From Macrostomum hystrix (taxonomy: Eukaryota > Animalia > Platyhelminthes): a DNA stretch of 64,000 nucleotides. Position 1 is the first letter of the stretch. Every line of letters starts with the position of its first letter. Positions 49,876 to 63,730 of this stretch are shown in pieces. The notes under the pieces were generated by a model. The model was not told the origin of the DNA. It ran no database searches and saw only the letters and a program-made list of their open reading frames with translations. The DNA lies in assembly GCA_950097015.1 (NCBI GenBank), contig CATNEN010000039.1, forward strand, positions 11,036,001 to 11,100,000, read 5' to 3'. The translations under genes were made by a program, and so were the position numbers.

Positions 49876-50311
49876 TTTTCCACATTCTAGAATTTTCTTC
49901 GCATTGAAATAGTTTTATCGAGTTTGCCTGAAAGATCAGCTCTATACTCTAAGTATTCTACTGACAACTGGAAAAGTAGCATAAAAGCTTTGACAACGCG
50001 AAAATTGTTTTACAGCATTTTTTGTTCCTATGTTTGATCCAAATAGATCTTTGTATTGTAAGATTTTTTTAAATTAGCTTTTTTAACTAAATTATTTAGT
50101 AATGAATGTTTGATGAACTTGGCAAGCATCAAGATTTGGTTTGTGTTAGATATTTTCTCAAACAAGTCGTCAAATTAAACAAATAATTTCATAATTCATA
50201 AAAAACTTTTGGTTCTATCATTGAAATTTCTGTCCAGGAAAAGTACGTATTAATAAAATTGTTACAAGTTCATTGAGTCGCTACCTAAAAGTACAAAGCC
50301 TGGGTGTCCCA

Positions 50312-50618
50312 TTAGGGTGGCGGTGTTTTCCAGATCAGGTAGACCCGGTTTCCCAGTTTGAAGAAGAAGCTCATCTCGGGTTCGTGACTATAGCTGGCAA
50401 AGTACTGGCCCATCACAATGACCACCTGCCACAGCTTGCCGAACTCGGCGTCCAGGTGCTGCTTGATGTCATTGGAGATGTCACGCTCGTCGCGGAATCT
50501 GCCGCACGATCTGCGAACAGCCTCCACGATGATGACCTGCATCCACTCCGCCATGCTGCTGCTGATGACTGCGACTTCCGTGGGCAGCCCGCCCTGCACT
50601 TTGCGGCGGTACAAACGA
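50312..50618 (-). CDS. TAL-like protein, exon 3: dynein-light-chain-like domain
   Basis: Acceptor CCGCAG. Encodes RLYRRKVQGGLPTEVAVISSSMAEWMQ...DIKQHLDAEFGKLWQVVIVMGQYFASYSHEPEMSFFFKLGNRVYLIWKTPPP*. Confidence 0.9.
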
Positions 50619-50649
50619 CTGCGGTGCGGAGTGAGAGGGTTGAACCACT

Positions 50650-53600
50650 GGCTGACCCACTAGACACGACTCAGAGGTGAGCTGACCGACTAGATACCCA
50701 CTAGAAACGACTCAGAGGTGAGCTGACCCACTAGACACGACTCAGAGGTGAGCTGACCCACTAGACACGACTCAGAGGTGAGCTGACCGACTAGATACCC
50801 ACTAGACACGACTCAGAGGTGAGCTGACCGACTAGATACCCACTAGAAACGACTCAGAGGTGAGCTGACCCACTAGATACCCACTAGACACGACTCAGAG
50901 GTGAGCTGACCCACTAGACACGACTCAGAGGTGAGCTGACCGACTAGATACCCACTAGACACGACTCAGAGGTGAGCTGACCCACTAGATACCCACTAGA
51001 CACGACTCAGAGGTGAGCTGACCCACTAGATACCCACTAGACACGACTCAGAGGTGAGCTGACCCACTAGACACGACTCAGAGGTGAGCTGACCCACTAG
51101 ACACGACTCAGAGGTGAGCTGACCGACTAGATACCCACTAGACACGACTCAGAGGTGAGCTGACCCACTAGATACCCACTAGACACGACTCAGAGGTGAG
51201 CTGACCGACTAGATACCCACTAGACACGACTCGGAGGTGAGCTGACCCCACTAGACACGACTCAGAGGTGAGCTGACCCACTAGACGTGACTCGGAGGTG
51301 AGCTGAACCACTAGACACGACTCGGAGGTGAGCTGACCGACTAGATACCCACTAGACACGACTCAGAGGTGAGCTGACCCCACTAGACACGACTCAGAGG
51401 TGAGCTGACCCACTAGACGCGACTCAGAGGTGAGCTGACCCACTAGACGTGACTCGGAGGTGAGCTGAACCACTAGACACGACTCAGAGGTGAGCTGACC
51501 CACTAGACACGACTCAGAGGTGAGCTGACCCACTAGACGTGACTCGGAGGTGAGCTGAACCACTAGACACGACTCAGAGGTGAGCTGACCGACTAGATAC
51601 CCACTAGACACGACTCGGAGGTGAGCTGAACCACTAGACACGACTCAGAGGTGAGCTGACAGACTAGACACGACTCAGAGGTGAGCTGACCCCACTAGAC
51701 ACGACTCAGAGGTGAGCTGACCCACTAGACGTGACTCGGAGGTGAGCTGAACCACTAGACACGACTCAGAGGTGAGCTGACCGACTAGATACCCACTAGA
51801 CACGACTCGGAGGTGAGCTGACCCACTCGACACGACTCAGAGGTGAGCTGACCCACTAGACACGACTCAGAGGTGAGCTGACCCACTAGACGTGACTCGG
51901 AGGTGAGCTGAACCACTAAACGCGACTCGGAGGTGAGCTGACCCACTAGACGTGACTCGGAGGTGAGCTGACCCACTAGACACGACTCAGAGGTGAGCTG
52001 ACCCCACTAGACACGACTCAGAGGTGAGCTGACCCACTAGACGTGACTCGGAGGTGAGCTGAACCACTAGACACGACTCGGAGGTGAGCTGACCGACTAG
52101 ATACCCACTAGACACGACTCAGAGGTGAGCTAACCCACTAGACACGACTCGGAGGTGAGCTGACCCACTAGACACGACTCAGAGGTGAGCTGACCCACTA
52201 GACGTGACTCAGAGGTGAGCTGAACCACTAAACGCGACTCGGAGGTGAGCTGACCCACTAGACACGACTCAGAGGTGAGCTGACCCACTAGACGTGACTC
52301 GGAGGTGAGCTGAACCACTAAACGCGACTCGGAGGTGAGCTGACCCACTAGACGTGACTCGGAGGTGAGCTGACCCACTAGACACGACTCAGAGGTGAGC
52401 TGACCCACTAGACGTGACTCGGAGGTGAGCTGACCCACTAGACGTGACTCGGAGGTGAGCTGACCCACTAGACACGACTCAGAGGTGAGCTGACCCACTA
52501 AACGCGACTCGGAGGTGAGCTGACCGACTAGATACCCACTAGACACGACTCGGAGGTGAGCTGAACCACTAGACACGACTCAGAGGTGAGCTGACCCCAC
52601 TAGACACGACTCAGAGGTGAGCTGACCCCACTAGACACGACTCAGAGGTGAGCTGACCCACTAGACGTGACTCGGAGGTGAGCTGAACCACTAGACACGA
52701 CTCAGAGGTGAGCTGACCGACTAGATACCCACTAGACACGACTCGGAGGTGAGCTGACCCACTCGACACGACTCAGAGGTGAGCTGACCCACTAGACACG
52801 ACTCAGAGGTGAGCTGACCCACTAGACGTGACTCGGAGGTGAGCTGAACCACTAAACGCGACTCGGAGGTGAGCTGACCCACTAGACGTGACTCGGAGGT
52901 GAGCTGACCCACTAGACACGACTCAGAGGTGAGCTGACCCCACTAGACACGACTCAGAGGTGAGCTGACCCACTAGACGTGACTCGGAGGTGAGCTGAAC
53001 CACTAGACACGACTCGGAGGTGAGCTGACCGACTAGATACCCACTAGACACGACTCAGAGGTGAGCTAACCCACTAAACACGACTCAGAGGTGAGCTGAC
53101 CCACTAGACGTGACTCGGAGGTGAGCTGACCCACTAGACACGACTCAGAGGTGAGCTGACCCCACTAGACACGACTCAGAGGTGAGCTGACCCACTAGAC
53201 GTGACTCGGAGGTGAGCTGAACCACTAGACACGACTCGGAGGTGAGCTGACCGACTAGATACCCACTAGACACGACTCAGAGGTGAGCTAACCCACTAGA
53301 CACGACTCGGAGGTGAGCTGACCCACTAGACACGACTCAGAGGTGAGCTGACCCACTAGACGTGACTCAGAGGTGAGCTGAACCACTAAACGCGACTCGG
53401 AGGTGAGCTGACCCACTAGACACGACTCAGAGGTGAGCTGACCCACTAGACGTGACTCGGAGGTGAGCTGAACCACTAAACGCGACTCGGAGGTGAGCTG
53501 ACCCACTAGACGTGACTCGGAGGTGAGCTGACCCCACTAGACACGACTCAGAGGTGAGCTGACCCACTAGACGTGACTCGGAGGTGAGCTGACCCACTAG

Positions 53601-55083
53601 ACGTGACTCGGAGGTGAGCTGACCCACTAGACACGACTCAGAGGTGAGCTGACCCACTAAACGCGACTCGGAGGTGAGCTGACCCACTAGACACGACTCA
53701 GAGGTGAGCTGACCCACTAGACACGACTCAGAGGTGAGCTGACCCACTAGACGTGACTCGGAGGTGAGCTGACCCACTAGACACGACTCAGAGGTGAGCT
53801 GACCCCACTAGACACGACTCAGAGGTGAGCTGACCCACTAGACGTGACTCGGAGGTGAGCTGAACCACTAGACGTGACTCGGAGGTGAGCTGAACCACTA
53901 GACACGACTCAGAGGTGAGCTGACCGACTAGATACCCACTAGACACGACTCGGAGGTGAGCTGAACCACTAGACACGACTCAGAGGTGAGCTGACCCACG
54001 AGACACGACTCAGAGGTGAGCTGACCCACTAGACGTGACTCGGAGGTGAGCTGACCCACTAGACACGACTCAGAGGTGAGCTGACCCACTAGACACGACT
54101 CAGAGGTGAGCTGACCCACTAGACGTGACTCGGAGGTGAGCTGAACCACTAGACACGACTCAGAGGTGAGCTGACCGACTAGATACCCACTAGACACGAC
54201 TCGGAGGTGAGCTGAACCACTAGACACGACTCAGAGGTGAGCTGACAGACTAGACACGACTCAGAGGTGAGCTGACCCCACTAGACACGACTCAGAGGTG
54301 AGCTGACCCCACTAGACACGACTCAGAGGTGAGCTGACCCACTAGACGTGACTCGGAGGTGAGCTGAACCACTAGACACGACTCAGAGGTGAGCTGACCG
54401 ACTAGATACCCACTAGACACGACTCGGAGGTGAGCTGACCCACTCGACACGACTCAGAGGTGAGCTGACCCACTAGACACGACTCAGAGGTGAGCTGACC
54501 GACTAGATACCCACTAGACACGACTCGGAGGTGAGCTGACCCACTCGACACGACTCGGAGGTGAGCTGACCCACTCAACACGACTCAGAGGTGAGCTGAC
54601 CCACTAGACGTGACTCGGAGGTGAGCTGAACCACTAGACACGACTCAGAGGTGAGCTGACCGACTAGATACCCACTAGACACGACTCGGAGGTGAGCTGA
54701 ACCACTAGACACGACTCAGAGGTGAGCTGACAGACTAGACACGACTCAGAGGTGAGCTGACCCCACTAGACACGACTCAGAGGTGAGCTGACCCCACTAG
54801 ACACGACTCAGAGGTGAGCTGACCCACTAGACGTGACTCGGAGGTGAGCTGAACCACTAGACACGACTCAGAGGTGAGCTGACCGACTAGATACCCACTA
54901 GACACGACTCGGAGGTGAGCTGACCCACTCGACACGACTCAGAGGTGAGCTGACCCACTAGACACGACTCAGAGGTGAGCTGACCGACTAGATACCCACT
55001 AGACACGACTCGGAGGTGAGCTGACCCACTCGACACGACTCGGAGGTGAGCTGACCCACTCGACACGACTCAGAGGTGAGCTA
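50650..55083. repeat. About 30-bp minisatellite CCCACTAGACACGACTCAGAGGTGAGCTGA, filling TAL intron 2
   Basis: 4.4-kb array with higher-order variant blocks. Confidence 0.96.
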
Positions 55084-55158
55084 AACTATAAGGTAGCTAC
55101 TCAAGGAAGAGCTAGCTGGAATCAGCATCAACCGGAAGATTTTTCGCCAAGCACTCAC

Positions 55159-55247
55159 GCATTTTTCGATTGCAGGCCCAGAACTTCGCAGAATTCGTCT
55201 AGGCTGATGATGCCGTCGCTGTTCAGGTCGAACATGGTCAGCCATTT
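55159..55247 (-). CDS. TAL-like protein, exon 2: second EF-hand
   Basis: TAG acceptor. Encodes KWLTMFDLNSDGIISLDEFCEVLGLQSKN(A). Donor GC|GTGAGT. Phases 0 and 2 match the flanking exons. Confidence 0.9.
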
Positions 55248-55309
55248 CTATGTTGAAGCGGCGGTTGAGTAACTTTGAGTAGTACGTTTAAGTAGGACGG
55301 AATAGCAGA

Positions 55310-56835
55310 CGGAATGACAGACGCACGTCAGAACAGAGAATGACATGCAAAGCGATGGGCAGAATGACATCAAAATGAAACCAGAACGACAGGAATAATG
55401 ACATCAGAATGAAATCAGGATGACATCAGGATGACATCAGAATGAAAGCAGAATGACAGCAGAATGAAGACAGAATGACATCAAAATGAAACCAGAACGA
55501 CAGGAATAATGACATCAGAATGAAATCAGGATGACATCAGGATGACATCAGAATGAAAGCAGAATGACAGCAGAATGAAGGCAGAATGACAGCAAAATGA
55601 AAGCAGAATGACAGCAGAATGACAGCAAAATGAAAGCAGAATGACAGTAGAATGACAGCAAAATGACAGTAGAATGACACCAGAATTACAGCAAAATGAA
55701 AGCAGAATGACAGCAAAATGACAGCAGAATGACAGCAGAGTGACAGCAGAATGAAAGCAGAATGACAGCAAAATGAAAGCAGAATGACAGCAGAATGACA
55801 GCGAAATGACAGTAGAATGACACCAGAATGACAGCAGAATGAAAGCAGAATGAAGGCAGAATGACAGCAAAATGAAAGCAGAATGACAGTAGAATGACAG
55901 CAAAATGACAGTAGAATGACACCAGAATGACAGCAAAATGAAAGCAGAATGACAGCAAAATGATAGCAGAATGACAGCAGAGTGACAGCAGAATGAAAGC
56001 AGAATGACAGCAAAATGAAAGCAGAATGACAGCAGAATGACAGCGAAATGACAGTAGAATGACACCAGAATGACAGCAGAATGAAAGCAGAATGAAGGCA
56101 GAATGACAGCAAAATGAAAGCAGAATGACAGCAAAATGACAGCAGAATGACAGCAGAATGACAGCAGAATGAAAGCAGAATGACAGCAAAATGAAAGCAG
56201 AATGACAGCAGAATGACAGCGAAATGACAGTAGAATGACACCAGAATGACAGCAGAATGACAGCAGAATGAAGGCAGAATGACAGCAGAATGAAAGCAGA
56301 ATGAAGGCAGAATGACAGCAAAATGAAAGCAGAATGACAGTAGAATGACAGCAAAATGACAGTAGAATGACACCAGAATGACAGCAGAATGACAGCAGAA
56401 TGAAGGCAGAATGACAGCAGAATGAAAGCAGAATGACAGCAGAATGACAGCAAAATGAAAGCAGAATGACAGTAGAATGACAGCAAAATGACAGTAGAAT
56501 GACACCAGAATGACAGCAGAATGAAAGCAGAATGACAGCAAAATGAAAGCAGAATGACAGCAAAATGACAGCAGAATGACAGCAGAATGACAGCAGAATG
56601 ACAGCAGAATGAAAGCAGAATGACAGCAAAATGACAGCAAAATGACAGCAGAATGACAGCAAAATGACAGCAGAATGACAGCAGAATGACAGCAGAATGA
56701 AAGCAGAATTACAGCAAAATGAAAGCAGAATGACAGCAAAATGACAGCAGAATGACAGCAGAATGACAGCAGAATGACAGCAGAATGACAGCGAAATGAA
56801 AGCAGAATGACAGCAGAATGACAGCAAAATGACAG
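55310..56835. repeat. 11-bp minisatellite GAATGACAGCA, filling TAL intron 1
   Basis: Tandem copies. Confidence 0.96.
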
Positions 56836-56849
56836 GCAGGCGGGCTCAC

Positions 56850-57065
56850 CTTGATGAAGCTCTCCTGGAAGTTGTTTTTCTTCATGTAGACGCGAAGCTC
56901 CTCCACGGTGATGGTCTCGCTGCCGTCCTGATCGATGGCGATGAAGGCGTCAAGGAAAGGATTGGCTTCAATTGCTGGCTCCTCCTCCTCCTTGGCGTTT
57001 GGCGGGGGGGACCGCAGGTGATGCGTCTGGCGGTACACGCTGGCCAGGTCCGGTCTGGTGTCCAT
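56850..57065 (-). CDS. TAL-like protein, exon 1: first EF-hand
   Basis: Encodes MDTRPDL...NPFLDAFIAIDQDGSETITVEELRVYMKKNNFQESFIK. Donor AAG|GTGAGC. Confidence 0.9.
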
Positions 57066-58311
57066 GGCTCAGGATATCAGCTGCCTTCGACCAATTAGCT
57101 GACAATAGTTGCTACCGTTGGTATGGGCCACAAAATTATCTTCCAAAAGCTGAGTTGCAGCGGTTTAATAGCCCCCGCCTATTATTCGTGCTTCGTGCAG
57201 TTCATCTGTTGGCCGTCAAAATGTTTTATACGCATTTCAACCATTTCCAACCCCCCCACGGGCATCTCAGCAGCAATTCAACTGCAGACCAACCCAAACA
57301 AAACCCCTTGGCTTCGCTGGGCGGTACCTGCGCAGGTATGTGTCTAATTCAGTTCATTTTTGTCTGGCGAGTTTTACTGCGGCAGCTGTTGCACCCGTGC
57401 CAAATGAATGAGAACTCTCCCACCCGCCTTCTCTGACAAACACACAATGAGCTTTTCTTTTCCTGCTCTACAAATTCCATATACTCCTAGTTTTTATAGG
57501 CACAGTTGATGAAAACAAACTTAAAATTTGCATTGAAACACCACCGGCTTGAAGTTGAATTTTTAACACTGATTGCAGCTGGTTACGGACTCAAACGAGA
57601 GGTCACAAGTTCGAATCTTCAGTGGTGCAATCATGGACTAATTGAACTAAAAGAAGTTTTCCTATAATTAGCTACCCTGAGCTCAAACGCGAGGTGAGCA
57701 GTTGAGCATTCATTCTAGGTCATTCTAGGCGCACTGCAGATGCAAGTTTGGGGGTTGTTGTGCTGATGCAACCCTAACAAATGGAATTCGTGCTCAGCTG
57801 CTTCTGGCTCAAGATCTGAGTGTTTTCACGTGTGCAAGGCTTATTGTTTGGCTTACTAGCACAAGCTCTGGTCAAGCCACTCATTGTATTGCCAAACAAA
57901 CAGGTGGCAACTAATTTGGCTACTCAGCTGCAATGTTGCGAAACAAACTGCTGCTATAAAACTACTTTTTTAAGTCTCTGCAATGGCCCAGTGGCACATA
58001 CGGGTGCAAATTCATGGGCAAGATAAGCTAGTAAGCCCCTTCACTTCACCTCCAGCTTTATGAAGGCAGCTTCATCTCAGACGGGAGAAAATGCAAGCGG
58101 CGAGCTGTCAGAAACAGACAGCAAGCTTGTGTGACCCTGGCAAACACTGATAAATATCTAACTCGTAATAGCGTTGCTAGCTCGTTGCCAACCTCGATCC
58201 CACTATGCCACCTGTGCAATCGGTGACCTTTGATGTAACTGGGAGACACAGCTGCAGAATTGCATGGCTGCCTTGGCTAACCTAGCAAAGCTGCGGTCGG
58301 GTTCGTCATGC

Positions 58312-59055
58312 GGCTAGTGTGAGTGAGGTGAGGCTAGTGTGAGTGAGGTGAGGCTAGTGTGAGTGAGGTGAGGCTAGTGTGAGTGAGGTGAGGCTAGTGT
58401 GAGTGAGGTGAGGCTAGTGTGAGAGAGGTGAGGCTAGTGTGAGAGAGGTGAGGCTAGTGTGAGTGAGGTGAGGCTAGTGTGAGAGAGGTGAGGCTAGTGT
58501 GAGTGAGGTGAGGCTAGTGTGAGTGAGGTGAGGCTAGTGTGAGTGAGGTGAGGCTAGTGTGAGTGAGGTGAGCCTCTTGTGAGTGAGGTGAGGCTAGTGT
58601 GAGTGAGGTGAGGCTAGTGTGATTGAGGTGAGGCTAGTGTGAGTGAGGTGAGGCTAGTGTGAGAGAGGTGAGGCTAGTGTGAGTGAGGTGAGGCTAGTGT
58701 GAGTGAGGTGAGCCTCTTGTGAGTGAGGTGAGGCTAGTGTGAGTGAGGTGAGGCTAGTGTGAGTGAGGTGAGGCTAGTGTGAGTGAGGTGAGGCTAGTGT
58801 GAGTGAGGTGAGGCTAGTGTGAGAGAGGTGAGGCTAGTGTGAGTGAGGTGAGGCTAGTGTGAGTGAGGTGAGGCTAGTGTGAGTGAGGTGAGGCTAGTGT
58901 GATTGAGGTGAGGCTAGTGTGAGAGAGGTGAGGCTAGTGTGAGTGAGGTGAGGCTAGTGTGAGTGAGGTGAGGCTAGTGTGAGAGAGGTGAGGCTAGTGT
59001 GAGCGAGGTGAGGCTAGTGTGAGTCAGGTGAGGCTAGTGTGAGTGAGGTGAGGCT
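58312..59055. repeat. 20-bp minisatellite GTGAGTGAGGTGAGGCTAGT
   Basis: About 37 copies. Confidence 0.96.
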
Positions 59056-59139
59056 GTTGGGTGGGAGAAAAATTAAACGTGGAAAAGACGCGGAAAACTA
59101 ACAAACCAAGCTGGTTGAAAAACAATAGTAATTCAATGA

Positions 59140-59490
59140 TAATTGCAAGAGGGCTGCGGGCAGTGTCAAATCATTTGGTGACACTAGACCGGCAGCCAGC
59201 GAGGAGGCAATTCTACCCATTTCGCTGACTCCTGAGCGCACACGCACACAGAGACCTACCCAGGCACACGCTCACACAGGTGTGTACATCGGGCCTGACT
59301 TGCTCATCGTCACGCAGTGTACATTTCACTGTGCCTTGGAGGTTGGCCCTCAAGGGTGTAAATTGCACGACAAGCCCCCAAGCCTTCTCTCCAAGGCTGC
59401 ACCCCAAATAAATGTGGCCTCGCCGCGCGGAATCGAGCTTAGGGACCTTGGTGCGAGAGGCCAACGCGTTCACCGCTCTGCCACTCACCC
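59140..59490 (-). mobile_element. Most complete SINE family 1 copy (tRNA-derived head)
   Basis: Minus strand has GTGGCAGAGCGG (A-box-like) and GCTCGATTCC (B-box-like). Body is shared with the copies at 14085 and 32478. Confidence 0.7.
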
Positions 59491-60061
59491 CGAAGCAAGC
59501 TGGCTTAGTGGCAGCTATCACGTGTACTTTATGAAGTACACTCCACCTGACATCACCTGAAGCACGTTAAGTTGCTAATGCGTTTGCAACTTAAATGCGT
59601 AACAATTGTGAAATTTCAGATTTATCAAGAAGAAGCCAAATCCGCTGGTTTCGCTGTTTGGTGAGAAGCCTGGCAACCGCAAGCGAGTTTTGATACTCGA
59701 AGATTTGTGGCAGCATTGCTAACTGCGACAGTACTAACTGTGAGCTCTGTTTATGTGTCGCAGGGACTCACTTGGCTTGTTATTTTGTTCTTCAGTGCAA
59801 AAACAAACTGACCTCGCGCTGAAAAAAATATATTTTGTGGAATTTATTTTCCACTTCAACAACGCGGGTGACTCATCGCAGTAGGCCTAGCGCGGGATTT
59901 GAGGTTCCTACTGGGAAACACGGAAGTGAAATTGCAGAAGACCTTCTCAGCTGGTTATTTTTATCCCTCAGAATTGCGCTTTTCTCTGCTGAGGTACACA
60001 ACAATGTCAGCCGCCTTACACTATTTGTGCGCATCAGTGTAGGAAGTGCCAACCACCGAAG

Positions 60062-60245
60062 ATGGCTTCCTACTGCGGCGATGCGGGGGTTAACGTCAAC
60101 AGGAAAGACGGCGTGCTTGGCTGCACCGACGACCTCATCCTGCTGCCCTCAGCCGTACGGCTCGTAGATGGCGCCCAGCTGGACAGGCTGGCTGGCGCTG
60201 CAGCGAGCGTCGGCCTGGTGGTCAATATGAAGAAGACCGTCGTGC
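60062..60245 (+). mobile_element. Decayed RTE-like reverse-transcriptase fragment
   Basis: LGCTDDLILL (degenerate YADD) followed by LDRLAGAAASVGLVVNMKKT. Confidence 0.6.
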
Positions 60246-60259
60246 TCTGCCGTCGAGTT

Positions 60260-62300
60260 TGCGGTTTCTTTCAGCGCAGTCGCGAGGGAAAAGGCGACAG
60301 TCAGATTTGCTCGGGTTGATTTGGCAAGTCTGGGCCCAGGACTTTACCCGTTGCAGAGCAAGCTGGAGACGCTCAGTCACTCCTTTCAGATTGCGGCCGT
60401 GGCCCAAAGGGCCAGGTCATCAGCATATCCACTGTAGCTAACGTCCGGGACCGTACAATCGTTCCAGGCGGTTGACGTAGATTAGGAAGAGAATCGGTGG
60501 GCAACAGCTCTCTGGGCAGTCCTTCACGGAGCCGCCTCCACTTCTCTATGGCGTTGAAAATCCTGTAGCTATCTGCCTCCCTTCCAGGAAGCTATCAAAG
60601 CATGAAACCATACAAGCACACGTCACGAGATAAGGCACGAAAACAGTCCAGCGGGATAGCGATTGTTTAAAGGTGCGGATTGCATCCCGGATGGCCTGCA
60701 CACGTCTGGTGAGTTTTCCAGTAGCGGTCGAAGGTCCCATCCAATCTGTCAATGCCATCGGGTCCACATTTTTGTTCCCTGTCCATTTTGGACAAGGCAC
60801 GGCGCAGTTCGCCCATGTTGAGTGGTCTATGGTAGCCTCCTGGGGTCCGTTTAGTAACTCTGGAGCCGGTTGGCGACCTCAACTTTGAACTTACGGTCGG
60901 CAACATCGAGCTTGAGCGTGCTGACACCTTCAAAGTAGAGTCCGATGTTATCGGCTTTTTTAAGGTCTGTTAGTGCTCAGTGCACTCTCTCCACCCCTCG
61001 CTCTCTCCACCTACGCGCGTGTACGCTCTACTCGTATGCATGCGATTATGTAACGCCTCGTCCGCACGTTGCCGGCGTCCATCTACAAATAGCCAAATAC
61101 ACACGGCCCAAAGCGGCCTGATGTTTTTCTCACTAGCAAACAAGTGCACTACAAGGTCTGAGGGCCTCAGATCTTTTTTAAGGGCCCTTGCCCAAAGGCA
61201 ATGAGAGTCTCCTGCTGATTGTCGCGTTTTCCACCGTTGCCGAGACTTTTAATCGTTCTCCAGACTTTGCAGAGATTTTTTTAGTCCAAAAGTTTGCTGA
61301 CAAACTCACGCTAGTACTCCCGTTTCTTCTCAGTGCATTTACTCGTGACTTTTGGCGACCCATTCCACCGGGTATGCTCACTTCTCTCTGAGGCGATTGC
61401 GTTCCTTACGTAGATTGGTGAGCTTCTCATCCCAGTATGGGCGAGCCTTGTTGAGGTCGTCAGCAAAGCTCTCGAGTTGTTCCTGGTTGCCGGTTCAGTC
61501 CGCAATCTTCCAGGGCCATCCCAGGCGCGAGCGTTCCAACAAGCTTTGCCGAGTACAGTTGACAGAAATGAGGATCCGTTTGTTATCGGATTCTAGCTCA
61601 TTCAGGCAGGTCCTGGTGCATTTGGAGGCCAGCAGCTCGCTGGCAATGGAGAGGTCCGGGACACTTGTCCGCTGGTCCCCGTTGTAGCCAGCAGTCTATG
61701 CTCGGATTTTAATGCGAATCTTCACCCTCAATACGGATAGAAGGGTGATAGACCCTTGGTCAAGATGATATTATCGCGGGCCGTCGTATTGATGACAACG
61801 CGACATCCTTCTGTGCAGCCTCCTGACCAGCCGCGCAGCTTTCTGTATGGGATACCGTTCCGGAGAAACAGAAGCAGGCCCCCTTCTGATAGAGGGGTCA
61901 AGCAGCGCCACTCTGCGGTCTTTGCGAATGGTGCTGTAGCCGGGAATTTTCGGGGTCTTCAAGAAGGATGCTAGCTTAGCTGCAGGCGCACCGCCAGCTC
62001 TTCCAGTTCACCGAGCTTGTTGTTGATGCCGTCAGCGTTCCACTGCAAAATTTTTAGGGATCCTTGGTTCAGCAGCCACTCCAAACTCCTGCCGGGGTTG
62101 GGTCAGCCTCGGGTGAAGAGTGATTGGATCGGCTAGAAGCGGTAGTACAGGGCTGGCGGCACCAAAGACCCTGGCGAACGTCATTCCTTTGCGAATATGC
62201 CTTCGCGCGATTCCATGGTGACAATTCCATGCATTTCCAGTCAGGTTTGTCCGCGGCATAACGGCTGAGGCCGTTAAGCGTTGCAGCACAGGAATTTATG
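60260..62300 (-). mobile_element. Decayed non-LTR retrotransposon (APE endonuclease and RT fragments)
   Basis: LKILQWNADGINNK at about 62060, KIPGYSTIRKDR, ELRRALSKM..KCGPDGI and RLQLALQRVKSW..INPSKS. Frameshifts and deletions throughout. Confidence 0.75.
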
Positions 62301-62671
62301 CTAGAGCGCCTGCCGCCAGTGACATAGCCAGGGTTTTGTCTGGGGTTGGGGGGCAGCGCCTTTTGGGGGTGCCACTACTGGGGAATGAGCCACTACTGCC
62401 ACAGGATGGTGACCAAAAGGATTGATGACACACTCAGGCAGTCCTGGTGTTCGTGTTATGGTGCTATTCAACCTCGCTCTGCTTGTGTAATCGACGTTAA
62501 CCTCCGCGACAGAAACGCGGCATTAAAGAGGACACACCGCGGGGCGATGTACCGTTCGTTGAGACCGCGGGATATTGATGTTCTTGCTGCTATTGTTGCC
62601 ATTGTTAGTCTTGTTTTGAAAACTGTGCTTTGTTCTCAGCTACGTTGTTGTAATGTTGTTGTATCACGGTG

Positions 62672-63730
62672 ACAGTGTGTGTGCATCAGTGTCATTACAG
62701 TGTGGATCAGTTTCATCACAGTGTGCATCAGTGTCATCACAGTGTGTGTGCATCAGTGTCATCACAGTGTGTGTGCATCAGTGTCATTACAGTGTGGATC
62801 AGTTTCATCAGTGTGCATCAGTGTCATCACAGTGTGTGTGCATCAGTGTCATCACAGTGTGCATCAGTGTCATCACAGTGTGTGTGCATCAGTGTCATCA
62901 CAGTGTGCATCAGTGTCATCACAGTGTGTGTGCATCAGTGTCATTACAGTGTGGATCAGTTTCATCAGTGTGCATCAGTGTCATCACAGTGTGTGTGCAT
63001 CAGTGTCATCACAGTGTGCATCAGTGTCATCACAGTGTGTGTGCATCAGTGTCATCACAGTGTGCATCAGTGTCATCACAGTGTGTGTGCATCAGTGTCA
63101 TCACAGTGTGCATCAGTGTCATCACAGTGTGTGTGCATCAGTGTCATCACAGTGTGTGTGCATCAGTGTCATCACAGTGTGTGTGCATCAGTGTCATTAC
63201 AGTGTGGATCAGTTTCATCACAGTGTGCATCAGTGTCATCACAGTGTGTGTGCATCAGTGTCATTACAGTGTGGATCAGTTTCATCAGTGTGCATCAGTG
63301 TCATCACAGTGTGTGTGCATCAGTGTCATCACAGTGTGCATCAGTGTCATCACAGTGTGCATCAGTTTCATCACAGTGTGCATCAGTGTCATCACAGTGT
63401 GCATCAGTGTCATCACAGTGTGTGTGCATCAGTGTCATCACAGTGTGCATCAGTGTCATCACAGTGTGTGTGCATCAGTGTCATCACAGTGTGTGTGCAT
63501 CAGTGTCATCACAGTGTGCATCAGTGTCATCACAGTGTGTGTGCATCAGTGTCATCACAGTGTGTGTGCATCAGTGTCATCACAGTGTGTGTGCATCAGT
63601 GTCATCACAGTGTGTGTGCATCAGTGTCATGACAGTGTGAATCAGTGTCCTCATAGTGTTCCAGTGTGTGTGCATCAGTGTCATGACAGTGTGAATCAGT
63701 GTCCTCATAGTGTTCCAGTGTGTGTGCATC
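62672..63730. repeat. 21/25-bp minisatellite GTGCATCAGTGTCATCACAGT(GT)n
   Basis: Tandem copies. The Cys-rich ORFs over it are artefacts. Confidence 0.95.

Noticed and set aside
57575-57630. tRNA-like segment (GTTCGAATC); a similar one lies near 39310-39350
   Set aside because: No complete cloverleaf. More likely SINE head remnants than tRNA genes.
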